From Escherichia phage Ecwhy_1, in the sequence record MH791411.1: a stretch of DNA of 64,000 bases; one strand, given 5' to 3'. Shown here piece by piece: positions 32,001-40,199 of the stretch (positions within the stretch are counted from its first letter, which is position 1; each line of letters opens with the position of its first letter). The position numbers and the translations under genes were made by a program. Under the pieces are notes generated by a model, which had not been told where the DNA came from, did no database searches, and saw only the letters and a program-made list of their open reading frames with translations.

Positions 32001-34741
32001 CTATTACTGGTGATCTGACCGTATCTGGAACTGTTACCCCTGGTGCAATTGACCTAAGTACTACCGATATTAGTTCTAAATCCCTAAGTACTACTGAAGG
32101 TGCTACAATTGGTGGTGACCTAGTTGTTAATGGTTCAATTGATTTAAGTTCTTCCAATGTTTCAGCAATTACCCTTGCTAGTTCTGGTAATACTACCGTT
32201 GGTGGTAACCTAGTACTAACAACTGGTGTTGTAACTGGCAGCCCATCTGTATCTGGCAACCTTTCAGTTGCAGGTACTGCGGCAGTAACTGGTGCAACTA
32301 CCCTAACTGATATCGTAAATATCGGTAAGAAAGTAACTGTAAGCACTGGTGGTATTCAAGTAGTTGCAGGTGGTATTAATACCGACGCTATATTAGTATC
32401 CGGTGATACAACTTTAAACAACACTACTGTAAACACTACCTTAAATGTAACTGGTCAAAGTACAGTAGCTGCACTAAGTGCTGCATCTTTGAATGTATCT
32501 GGTGATAGTACTGTTCAAAAACTAACAGTTGAAGGTGAATTGGTTCCACAAGGTGGTATCGACCTAACTGGTGCAGATATTTCTGCTAATAGTCTTGCAA
32601 CTGCTTCAACAATCACTGCAACTGGACTAAGCACACTAAGTGGTGGTGTAAGTACTACTAATGTTACTGCATCTGGTACAGTGAATGCTGGTAGTTTGGA
32701 TGTTACTAACAACGCAACCGTTGGTGGTAATTTGGGTGTAACTGGTTCATTAACTTCTGGTCCATTGAGTGTAACAGGTATTGCGAATATTACTGGTGTA
32801 ACAACTGTTGGTTCATTGGTTTCCGGTGCAGTATCTGGTAGTACTGGTACATTTAGTTCAACATTAGGTGTAACTGGTGCAGCTACATTTGACAATGACG
32901 TAACTGTTGAAGGTGTATTCACCCCAGCAGGTGGTTTAGACCTAACAACTTCTGATATTACGGCTAAGAGTTTGTCAGTATCTGAAACTATTCACTCTGA
33001 TGGTGCAGCTTCCTTTGGTGGTAACACAACAGTAGGTGGTACATTGGGTGTAACTGGTGCAGTAACTGCTCCATCGGCAACCCTAAGTGGTACTGGTACT
33101 GCACTAGCAGTAACTAATAATGCAACTATTGGTGGTACATTAGGTGTAACTGGTCAAGCATCACTTGGTTCTATAGTAACTTCTGGCGTTTCTGCAACAA
33201 GTGGCTCTTTCAGTACTACTCTTGGCGTTACTGGTGCTGCGACATTTGGTAACGATGTAACTGTAGTTGGAACACTAACTCCTGGTAGCTTAGATCTAAC
33301 TGGTGCAGATATCTCTGCTAAAACACTAACTCTATCTGAAACATTAAATGCAACAGGTAATACTACCCTTGGTGGAACATTAGGTGTAACTGGTTTAGCA
33401 ACAATTGGTGGAACACTAACGTCTGGTGCAGTAACTGCTCCATCTGCAACCTTGAATGGTTCAGGTACTGGTCTAGCAGTAACTAACAACGCAACCGTTG
33501 GTGGAACATTAGGTGTAGTTGGTCAAACAACACTAGGTTCTGTTAAAACTGGTGCAACTCTAACAGTTGGTACACCATTAGGTGAGCAGCCTGAAACTGT
33601 ACAGATTATGCCAGACACTTATATTGCTGGTAAACTACGTGTTGAAGGTGGTATTAACGCAGATATCGATGTTGGTGGACAAACACTAGAACCGTTTGCA
33701 GTAATAGCATCTGATTCTTTATCTTCTGCTGGTAATATTACTGCTGGTGCAGCAATTATTTCAAGTTCTGCAACAATTGGTGAAGTCGGTTCACAAAACA
33801 ACAACCTAATCGTTAATGGTAACGTTGTAAACAACGGTAACTTCACTGTTACTGGTGTACTAAATGCACAATTGAACCAAGCAGATTCCGATGTAGCTGT
33901 TAAGTCTTTGACTGCAACTAACAACGTATCTGCTGGAACCACATTAAGTGCAGGTACTGCAATTACTGCTGGTACTTCCATCACTGCAACTGGATTACTT
34001 AAAGGTAATACTTTAGAAGTTACTACTACTGGTTCATTTGGTGGTTTAGTAACTATGTCAAGTGGTGCAAATATCACTGGTGCAATGACCACTGCGGGTA
34101 ACATAACAGTGGGTGGCAATATCACTGCAACTGGTACTGCTGGATTCGCTGCAACAACCGTTTCTACAATTACAACAACAGGTTTGGCTACAATTGCAAG
34201 TGCATCCATTACTGGTAACGCAACAGTAGGTGGAACACTAACTGCGAATGGTAACGTAACATTAGGTGACGCAGCGGCAGACGTTCTAACCGTTAATGCA
34301 ACTTCATCATTTAAAGAAAATGCTGTGTTTGATAAGGCAGTAACAGTAACTGGTGCACTAACCACTACTAATGCTAACTTAACTACTACAACAGTAACTA
34401 CCAAAAAGTATGATGTAATCCCAACTCAAGTTACATCATCAGTAATTGCTCCAACCGGAACATGGACTCCAGATGGTACAAGTAACGTATACTTCATCAC
34501 TCTAGACCAAGATACCACGTTGGCTCCAATTACTGGCCTAATTGGTGGTGGTAAAGCTGCATCAGTATACATCTATGTTAAACAAGATACAACTGGTAAC
34601 AGAAACTTTACAACTGATGGTACTTATGCTGTTGTTGATGGTGAACTAAACAAAACTGCTGGTAGTGTGACCATTTACCAAGTAATTTATGATGGTGTAA
34701 GTCCAGTTACTGATTTGTTCATTGCACAACGTACTGCTTAA
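29042..34741 (+). CDS. Giant repeat-containing tail fibre protein 2 (1,899 aa), paralog of fibre 1
   Basis: RBS ataggaggggactctATG. Same N-terminus (MYSIKTDLD...) and C-terminus (…IYQVIYDG.S.V.D.F.AQR) as fibre 1. Carries three internal repeats of about 470 bp (31090, 31545, 32025) encoding SGTLTPGAIDLSTTDI.SKSLTTTEGATIGGDLVVAGTVDLSAADV.VKSL. Confidence 0.85.
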   Translation: MYSIKTDLDVSGNSTVGKDLLVKGNAVFSNDLTVNGEVSFANAVFTAITAGSVNVTGALDVAGKATLSGGADVSGAATFAGNITAAGGTTAKFDNLEANSGSFDSVESTDITSTGTATFKDVNISGTLGGTFNLSDINATTLNVSGASALTGSVTLGANITGLASTANFRDIRIGPNEAGQAYRLNFGYTVPGQRPTVLLQNEVQSELMSPAKLNVLQTATFGDSSLSTYGITGNGLNKLDYVTISGNAIQSPTTPLLEVTKGKTKVVDLEVTGVATIPNIESSGTANFNNINVSGTIGGSFDLDDIQATTLSVSGASALTGAVTLGANITGLASTATFKAINLGQNTADANVKLGFAYTAPSARPTVLLANEVQSELMSPAKLNVLQTATFGSAALSTYGITGNGLNKLDYLTITGNATQNPATPQLQVGGKAILNDVEFTGTVTGLTVDVSGQDLTPKSVVAAEAIKGQTLESVGQTTVGSSLQVGGTATVTGALSAASGTFSGDVSGSKGIFSGSVSGTSATFTGDVSGDNATFSGDLSAVAGTFSGDVTVTGQTITVKDLVVTGTSTGVTAIADVDGLDIAPNKVDVTTTLSVAGESTLAGITATSINSTGAIAGTAISGSTITATGEISGASSVVTGLSKSGSVETGALKASSVETAIISNTAGVSITNNTSIAGNLSVTGTVTPGAIDLSTTDIDAKSLTTTEGANIGGNLVVAGTVDLSAADVAVKSLTSTGAVISSEGTVSSVLPKLSSTEANITTVTATTANATTLNVTGTSTLAGVNASGAITSATNITATGVLKGASVETASISNADGVAINNNTTITGNLDVSGTLTPGAIDLSTTDISSKSLTTTEGATIGGDLVVAGTVDLSAADVSVKSLASAETITSAGVITVSDTVNSSTLPKLITTDATIGAVHAATIETTGSSTLKQVSATEVTATSIVLNSVGEGLRVDNNANINGILSVNNITSTNDTIAIAKSAAITGDLTVSGTVTPGAIDLSTTDISSKSLSTTEGATIGGDLVVNGSIDLSSSNVSAITLASSGNTTVGGNLVLTTGVVTGSPSVSGNLSVAGTAAVTGATTLTDIVNIGKKVTVSTGGIQVVAGGINTDAILVSGDTTLNNTTVNTTLNVTGQSTVAALSAASLNVSGDSTVQKLTVEGELVPQGGIDLTGADISANSLATASTITATGLSTLSGGVSTTNVTASGTVNAGSLDVTNNATVGGNLGVTGSLTSGPLSVTGIANITGVTTVGSLVSGAVSGSTGTFSSTLGVTGAATFDNDVTVEGVFTPAGGLDLTTSDITAKSLSVSETIHSDGAASFGGNTTVGGTLGVTGAVTAPSATLSGTGTALAVTNNATIGGTLGVTGQASLGSIVTSGVSATSGSFSTTLGVTGAATFGNDVTVVGTLTPGSLDLTGADISAKTLTLSETLNATGNTTLGGTLGVTGLATIGGTLTSGAVTAPSATLNGSGTGLAVTNNATVGGTLGVVGQTTLGSVKTGATLTVGTPLGEQPETVQIMPDTYIAGKLRVEGGINADIDVGGQTLEPFAVIASDSLSSAGNITAGAAIISSSATIGEVGSQNNNLIVNGNVVNNGNFTVTGVLNAQLNQADSDVAVKSLTATNNVSAGTTLSAGTAITAGTSITATGLLKGNTLEVTTTGSFGGLVTMSSGANITGAMTTAGNITVGGNITATGTAGFAATTVSTITTTGLATIASASITGNATVGGTLTANGNVTLGDAAADVLTVNATSSFKENAVFDKAVTVTGALTTTNANLTTTTVTTKKYDVIPTQVTSSVIAPTGTWTPDGTSNVYFITLDQDTTLAPITGLIGGGKAASVYIYVKQDTTGNRNFTTDGTYAVVDGELNKTAGSVTIYQVIYDGVSPVTDLFIAQRTA

Positions 34742-34807
34742 TAATTATAATAAAAAAAACGGTGTCATCAATTATGGTGACACCATCTTAACAAGTGAGG
34801 TAGATAT

Positions 34808-35587
34808 ATGTTTACATATGTAAAAGGTAGTTCTAAAGAAAATTATGAATTGGGTAACATCATCTCCAACCCAGTTGGTGTTAAGGGTTTAAAAGAACGC
34901 CCTGGGGCAACTCCAGATGATGAACAAACATATCGTTATTTGTACAGTGATATCCGTGCACTTTATGGTATTTCAAGTAAAGATGGTTCTGAAATTGAAC
35001 CTAATAACGCTGTTCGCAAAGAAGAGGGTTTCTGGTGGTTGGAATATAAGAATGTTGGTAATGTGAACGCAATTAATGAGAATTTGGAATATATTAAACT
35101 ACAAGATAGTAATCAACCAGTCATCACATTCTTAGAAGAAGCAGAAGGTGAATATAAAGAGTTAACAGTACTGAAAACTTATAATTATGTTGATATGGAC
35201 ATTGCAGCAGTTAAATCTGATCTGAAAGCACGCACAGTATCATCTCGTAGTGATCGTATTAATGCTGGTTATATGTTTAACGGTCATCGTTATAGTACTG
35301 ATCTAGCTGGTCGTCAAATGCTTCTTAATTATTATACACAAGTAACTTCCGGTTCTGATAGCGTTTCGATTTTCCTTGATGACGCAATTGTAAAACTATC
35401 TGCTGCTGAAATGACTCAACTATACACTGAAGCATTTGCTATGGTTGAATCCCTATTTGCAGAGTGTAATAAGCAATGTGCTGACATTGATGCAGTTCCT
35501 GATGCTGATGAAGATGCAATTTATAAAGCACAACAGGCGGCTGTATGGGTATATGAAGGTATTGATATTCCTGAGCGTATTCGTTAA
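34808..35587 (+). CDS. Hypothetical protein, putative fibre assembly/chaperone or fibre-associated protein
   Basis: 259-aa ORF immediately after the fibre genes; RBS gtgaggtagatatATG. No catalytic motif recognised. The functional call rests on position only. Confidence 0.5.
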   Translation: MFTYVKGSSKENYELGNIISNPVGVKGLKERPGATPDDEQTYRYLYSDIRALYGISSKDGSEIEPNNAVRKEEGFWWLEYKNVGNVNAINENLEYIKLQDSNQPVITFLEEAEGEYKELTVLKTYNYVDMDIAAVKSDLKARTVSSRSDRINAGYMFNGHRYSTDLAGRQMLLNYYTQVTSGSDSVSIFLDDAIVKLSAAEMTQLYTEAFAMVESLFAECNKQCADIDAVPDADEDAIYKAQQAAVWVYEGIDIPERIR

Positions 35588-35600
35588 TTTATATTTTTTT

Positions 35601-35630
35601 AAAGGTCAACTATGGTTGGCCTTTTCTTTT
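35601..35630 (+). terminator. Rho-independent terminator
   Basis: aaaggucaac-uaug-guuggccuuu (10-bp stem with one G-U pair) followed by TCTTTT. Confidence 0.65.
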
Positions 35631-35678
35631 ATCTAAAATAAATACTTAATATATAATCTATTCTGAGGAAATATTTAA

Positions 35679-37643
35679 ATGAGTATAAATCGAATTAGAG
35701 GTGATGGTGGTGTAATTATAGATAGTCAGGCATTTCTAGAATTACCTAAAGCACCGACTAAAGAAACCGCTGATGTGGTTAGATCAGGGATGATTAGATA
35801 CAATAAAGGATGGAAAGCATTTGAAGGTGTACTAGACTTTGAAGATGGTTCAATGGCATATCGACGTTTTGCAAACCTAGATGCAAACGGTAAACTTCTT
35901 ACTTCCCAATTACCAGATTCAGTAACTAGTGGTTTACAATTTGTTGGTACATATAATCCCATCCCAGATGATATCGATCCACCTTTAGCACAAACTCCAC
36001 TACCAGCACCATCACCATCGCTTAATGGTGATTATTATGTCGTTCGTGGTATAATGGATGCCGCACAAGCACATTATGAAGCAAATAATCCACAAACAAG
36101 TCCTGTTACATTTACACCTACAAATCCAACTGGACAAGGTAATTGGATTGAAATTTTATATTATGTTGACTCTAATCCAAATATATCTGGTGCTAAACTA
36201 GTAACATACGCTTTTGCTAGAATTATTACTGCATCTATTCCCAGTACTGGACATGATGGCCTTGAAAATTTAGCAACAGATACTGACTTGACCAAACCAT
36301 TTGCATCTGGTGTTCCAATGAACCAAACTGCACTTTCAGATGGTGATTGGATTATTATAACTGAAGATAAGAATATACGTCTTCGTCAGTCAAGAACAAG
36401 CATTTCCGCTGCTTCAGTATTATATGACAATACTGTAATGATTGCAAATCATCGCCAATTTAGAACAAACGCAGGGACCGTTCAAACATCCATAGATAAC
36501 GTTGTGATTGAGTGTTTACGTAGAACTGGCGATTCCATGTATAATGATGGAACAGACGGCTCTGGGCGTTTTGGGGTGGTGTATGGCAGTGCAGCAGCAC
36601 CAGCATTGACATTTAATAATAATCCGTTTGACCCAACGAACAACCCAGGTAATGACCCAACTAAGTGGTCCGATGCTAATACTGGTATATTCCATCCAGC
36701 AGATGATGCAATTGGTTTTACAACAGCCGGAACTGAGCGTGTTAGAATTAATAATGGAACATTAACATTATTCCAAACTACCGCTACACCAGCAGCTACG
36801 CCAGTAATACGTTTTGATAATGCATCAAACACAAACGTAGGGATAAGTGCAAGTAGTAATATTATTTCTTTAAGTTCAATGAATAAAGTTCAAGTTGAAT
36901 TTAAAAATGGTGAATCACATTTTCATGGAAATATTATTGTAGATGGATCAACATCACTAACTGGTGATTTAAACGCAGGTAACATCACTGCCAGCGGGAA
37001 TTTAGTTGTTAAAGGTAATACAACACTAGGCGACACTACTGGTGACACTATTACAGTTAATGGTGTTAGTACTTATAATGCAAATACTAATTTCAATGGA
37101 ACTAATAACAAATTCAAAAACATAAACTTACTAGAGAATGGTGTATTCACATTAGAAAGTACTACAAACCAAAGTGATATAAAACTACTTGGTGCAGACT
37201 TACGTTTCACTATGGGAAGTTATGCTGATGTAAGTATATATGATAACGGTGTTATTCGTACTCGTTTCAACCGATATGGTATTCAATTACCAGTACTGGC
37301 TACAATTGATAACTCAGTTGGTGTTGATGGTATGATTGCATACTCAAATACCGAACGTACATCGATGCAGAAGGTCCAAGGACAATGGGTTCCAATTGGT
37401 TCTGGTTCTGTACGTACTGACCCGTTTACTGCGTCAGCGTGGGTTTTAAACGGCTCATATTACACATTAACAGTAACTGCTAGTAACATAGTAACTGCTG
37501 AAATTCAAGAACTCGTAAGTACTGGTGTTTACACTCGTGTTGAAGTTGATAGTGTTACATTCAATGGAACAAGCGTAGTGTTCAGTATTCCTGCAACTCC
37601 TGATGTGAGATTTGCCGGACGTACACTGGTTACATTAAGATAA
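35679..37643 (+). CDS. Tail fibre protein (654 aa)
   Basis: RBS tgaggaaatatttaaATG. Beta-rich segment with NGTLTLFQTT and TGDLNAGNITASGNLVVKGNTTLGDTTGDTITVNG repeats like the giant fibres. SLNGDYYVV motif. Confidence 0.75.
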   Translation: MSINRIRGDGGVIIDSQAFLELPKAPTKETADVVRSGMIRYNKGWKAFEGVLDFEDGSMAYRRFANLDANGKLLTSQLPDSVTSGLQFVGTYNPIPDDIDPPLAQTPLPAPSPSLNGDYYVVRGIMDAAQAHYEANNPQTSPVTFTPTNPTGQGNWIEILYYVDSNPNISGAKLVTYAFARIITASIPSTGHDGLENLATDTDLTKPFASGVPMNQTALSDGDWIIITEDKNIRLRQSRTSISAASVLYDNTVMIANHRQFRTNAGTVQTSIDNVVIECLRRTGDSMYNDGTDGSGRFGVVYGSAAAPALTFNNNPFDPTNNPGNDPTKWSDANTGIFHPADDAIGFTTAGTERVRINNGTLTLFQTTATPAATPVIRFDNASNTNVGISASSNIISLSSMNKVQVEFKNGESHFHGNIIVDGSTSLTGDLNAGNITASGNLVVKGNTTLGDTTGDTITVNGVSTYNANTNFNGTNNKFKNINLLENGVFTLESTTNQSDIKLLGADLRFTMGSYADVSIYDNGVIRTRFNRYGIQLPVLATIDNSVGVDGMIAYSNTERTSMQKVQGQWVPIGSGSVRTDPFTASAWVLNGSYYTLTVTASNIVTAEIQELVSTGVYTRVEVDSVTFNGTSVVFSIPATPDVRFAGRTLVTLR

Positions 37644-37644
37644 T

Positions 37645-37678
37645 AAAAAAGGGAGACATAAGTCTCCCTTTTCTTTTA
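37645..37678. terminator. Bidirectional intrinsic terminator
   Basis: AAAAAA-gggagac-ataa-gtctccc-TTTTCTTTT between the convergent 654-aa fibre gene (+) and thyA (-). Confidence 0.8.
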
Positions 37679-38605
37679 TACAGCCATTGGTGCTTTGATT
37701 GTTGGCATTGGATCGTAATTAACTAATTTGAAAGAATCCATAGTGAAATCTTCAATATCAGTAATAGTAGGATCTAGCCATAATTCTGGTAATGTACGTG
37801 GTTCACGTTGGAGTTGCTCTTTTACTTGTTCAATATGGTTTTGATAGATATGGCAGTCGCCACCATTCCAAATAAATTCACCAACATCTAACCCTGTAAT
37901 TTGTGCAATCATATGAGTTAGTAGTGAGTAACTACTAATATTAAATGGCACACCAAGGAATAGATCAGCACTACGTTGATGAAGAATACAACTTAGTTTA
38001 CCCTGTACAACACAAAACTGCACAAAGCTATGACAGGGTGGCAAAGTCATAGCATCAAGCTCACCAACGTTCCATGCACTTAGAATGTGACGACGACCGT
38101 ATGGATCAGTATTGATACCTTCAATAACTTGTTTTAGCTGGTCAGTTACACGACGCATAATAACACCATGTGAACCAGTATAATCAATAACTTTATACCC
38201 TTTATCTTTTAGTTCTTGAATTTCTTCAGTACTGGAACTGAATTTATAATCTTCCCATTCACGCCATTGTTTACCATAAACTGGGCCAAGCTCACCATCA
38301 GAATACCCAAGGCTTACACCTTGATTAAGGTAGTTGTCTGTCCAAATTGTTTTCTTTTCTACATCACGTGTCCCGTGTAAAATTTCACACAGACGACGCT
38401 CATCGTGAGAACCTTCAATAAACCATAACAATTCTGAAGTCATTGCTTTCCAAGCCAAACGTTTAGTAGTTACTGCTGGGAAACCTTCTTTTAGGTCAAA
38501 ACGCATTTGTTGTCCGATTAGCTTGATAGTGCCAACACCAGTACGATCAACGCTTTCGACACCTTGATCCAGAATTCTTTGATATAGTTCTTGTAGTTGT
38601 TTCAT
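37676..38605 (-). CDS. thyA: Thymidylate synthase (ThyA family, T4 td-like with insertion)
   Basis: Near-collinear with E. coli ThyA: DRTGVGTIKLIGQQMRFDL, VTTKRLAWK, ELLWFI, catalytic PCH, SAWNVGELD, LGVPFNISSYSLLTHMIAQ, GDCHIY, KAP. Contains an insertion of about 50 aa (…EDYKFSSSTEEIQELKDKGYKVIDY…) as in phage T4 td. Confidence 0.9.
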   Translation of the reverse strand: MKQLQELYQRILDQGVESVDRTGVGTIKLIGQQMRFDLKEGFPAVTTKRLAWKAMTSELLWFIEGSHDERRLCEILHGTRDVEKKTIWTDNYLNQGVSLGYSDGELGPVYGKQWREWEDYKFSSSTEEIQELKDKGYKVIDYTGSHGVIMRRVTDQLKQVIEGINTDPYGRRHILSAWNVGELDAMTLPPCHSFVQFCVVQGKLSCILHQRSADLFLGVPFNISSYSLLTHMIAQITGLDVGEFIWNGGDCHIYQNHIEQVKEQLQREPRTLPELWLDPTITDIEDFTMDSFKLVNYDPMPTIKAPMAV

Positions 38606-39198
38606 TTTACGTCCTTGAAAAATGTAATAAAGTGTTCCATGTGTTTTTGTGTAGCATTACGTGAACCAATCCCAGTCCAATTACCGTGTGGTGCTGGTAT
38701 TGAGAATGTTTCAGTAAACTCTTTCAGTACTGTATCATAATAAAATACAGAGCGAGTGTTCATATCATAACAATATATTTCTGGATTGTCAACTGAATCC
38801 ATATACATCTGTACGGCCCATGCAGTTCCACCTGAAACTTGCGTAGGTGATGTAATATTTGCAATACAATATACTCTTTTTGTATTAAGTATCTGGTAAC
38901 TATTCCTTGCAAGTAAGTTATATACATACGAACCAGGCTTAGGAACTTTACGGCGTAAAGAGTAACATGCAATGTTTAATTGTTTTAATATTGAACTATC
39001 ACAAAGGATATTGGGTGGAATTTCTAATATAGTATTTTCATCTACGCTGCTTTGGTGACCCTTGAATGAAAAATTTATTACTTCAAATCCATTGTCTTTT
39101 GCATAGATAGAAAAAAGGCGGTCAGCACCTGCTGCCCCGCCACTGAAACATACATTAGATAAACCATTGATTGCTTCATCTAATTCTATTTTATTCAT
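38602..39198 (-). CDS. DprA/Smf-like Rossmann-fold (SLOG superfamily) protein
   Basis: CFSGGAAGADRLFSIYAKDNGFEV matches the DprA (S)GxAxGIDxxAH glycine-rich loop. LARNSYQILNTKRVYCIANITSPTQVSGGTAWAVQMYMD matches the DprA FPxRNRIIxGLSxxVxVVEAxxxSGSLxTA segment. Stop overlaps the thyA start (ATGA). Confidence 0.55.
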   Translation of the reverse strand: MNKIELDEAINGLSNVCFSGGAAGADRLFSIYAKDNGFEVINFSFKGHQSSVDENTILEIPPNILCDSSILKQLNIACYSLRRKVPKPGSYVYNLLARNSYQILNTKRVYCIANITSPTQVSGGTAWAVQMYMDSVDNPEIYCYDMNTRSVFYYDTVLKEFTETFSIPAPHGNWTGIGSRNATQKHMEHFITFFKDVK

Positions 39199-39203
39199 TT
39201 ATA

Positions 39204-39857
39204 TTATTTTGCTTTACGTTCAGCAAATGCCTGTTTAACTTTCTCAATTGCTTTGGTTTGTGAAATTCCTTCTGGGATTTCAATATAGAAAGTTTTGCTA
39301 TCAGGTGCTACAGGTGTTGCTTGAACTTGTGGACGTAGAGATGGTTCTAAGTTGTAAGCACGTTCAAAGTGCTCTTTAGCCAACTGCTCATAACGTTGTG
39401 CATCTTTAAGTAGTTGCTCAACAATGGTAGCTTCTTCAACAGAAGTATCGACTTCTTGTGGCTTGAATGGGTTGTATTCTTTAACTTTACCATCTTCATG
39501 TTTTTTAGCATCATTATCATTGATTGCGTTGTTTAGAACATCAAGAGAAATCTTACTGTTTCCACCAACATGCATATCAATATCACAAGTACGTGCACGA
39601 CGCAAATGTTGTAGATTATGAAGAACATCTAGCATTTTGCGACCGTCTAGATGACCAATCTTATGCATAACTTCCCACAAATCTACATTCGATTGACCTT
39701 GATTCATTACTAAATCTGCAACAGATTGAGCATATGCTTCAGGAAGTGAGTCGCGATAAACAATGAGACAATGTTCTGGATCATCAGGGAGTGAACGCCA
39801 TACCACAAATACTCGTGAACCCGTATTACGTACTACACCAACGTGACGAATAGCCAT
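39204..39857 (-). CDS. Hypothetical protein (217 aa)
   Basis: ORF in the same leftward operon, 2 nt from the downstream gene and 2 nt from the upstream one. Charged coiled-coil-like C-terminal half. Confidence 0.55.
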   Translation of the reverse strand: MAIRHVGVVRNTGSRVFVVWRSLPDDPEHCLIVYRDSLPEAYAQSVADLVMNQGQSNVDLWEVMHKIGHLDGRKMLDVLHNLQHLRRARTCDIDMHVGGNSKISLDVLNNAINDNDAKKHEDGKVKEYNPFKPQEVDTSVEEATIVEQLLKDAQRYEQLAKEHFERAYNLEPSLRPQVQATPVAPDSKTFYIEIPEGISQTKAIEKVKQAFAERKAK

Positions 39858-39859
39858 TA

Positions 39860-40105
39860 TTATTCTCCTTTATTTTGTTCAGCAGCAGCTTGTGCAGCAT
39901 CAGCTTCTTCTTGTGCTTTGATATCTTCGAGTGCAGAGTTAGCAAACTCAACAAACTTAGATACGACTGGAGCAACATCAACAAGTTCTTCGACTTTAAA
40001 TGAATTACGAGCCACAGCAGCTTCCATGATTTTAGCAGCGTTGATTAGGTCGATTAGGGTTAGTTGAATTTTTTCTGGTTCTTGTTCCATTTTAATACTC
40101 TCCAT
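39860..40105 (-). CDS. Small acidic hypothetical protein (81 aa)
   Basis: The ORF-track start at 40189 overlaps the promoter. The ATG at 40105 (MESIKMEQEPEK...) sits 20-25 nt downstream of the TGaTATAAT -10 element. Acidic and Ala/Glu-rich. Confidence 0.5.
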   Translation of the reverse strand: MESIKMEQEPEKIQLTLIDLINAAKIMEAAVARNSFKVEELVDVAPVVSKFVEFANSALEDIKAQEEADAAQAAAEQNKGE

Positions 40106-40119
40106 GTATGTTGTTACAA

Positions 40120-40140
40120 ATATAATTATATCACCTTTTT
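40120..40140 (-). promoter_or_regulatory. Extended -10 promoter (TGaTATAAT) for the leftward DprA-like/thyA operon
   Basis: Minus strand reads aaaaaggTGaTATAATtatatttgtaacaacatacATG. No good -35, but the TGn extension is present. Located just downstream of the VWA-gene terminator. Confidence 0.5.
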
Positions 40141-40156
40141 CCAAGCTGTCCCGCTG

Positions 40157-40187
40157 AAAAAAGTAGAGAACGGAATTTTCCGTTCTC
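40157..40187 (-). terminator. Rho-independent terminator (minus strand)
   Basis: gagaacgg-aatttt-ccgttctc, 8-bp perfect stem. On the minus strand it is followed by TTTTTT; placed after the VWA/metallopeptidase gene stop at 40200. Confidence 0.75.
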
Positions 40188-40199
40188 ATTATTTAGTAC

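Noticed and set aside
29800-32200. Regularly spaced DNA repeats within the fibre genes that could be mistaken for a CRISPR-like or tandem-repeat array.
   Set aside because: The repeat units are about 470 bp, in-frame and protein-coding (domain repeats), with no short unique spacers. Not a CRISPR array.
24176-34404. Many long minus-strand ORFs (160-545 aa; e.g. 25685-26647, 30709-32346, 33619-34404) inside the two giant fibre genes.
   Set aside because: They are antisense to strongly supported + strand genes. Their Ala/Pro/Val-rich translations are the mirror image of the Thr/Gly/Ser/Val-rich sense codons, and they have no RBS or terminator context. Codon-bias artefacts.
37676-38605. Possibility that the ThyA homolog is a dCMP/dUMP hydroxymethylase (T4 gp42-type), which would imply hypermodified DNA.
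   Set aside because: The protein is collinear with bona fide ThyA over its whole length, including the C-terminal KAP(M/V)A(V/I) and the T4-td-like insertion, whereas hydroxymethylases are shorter and more divergent. Kept as thyA, but virion DNA composition would be the decisive test.
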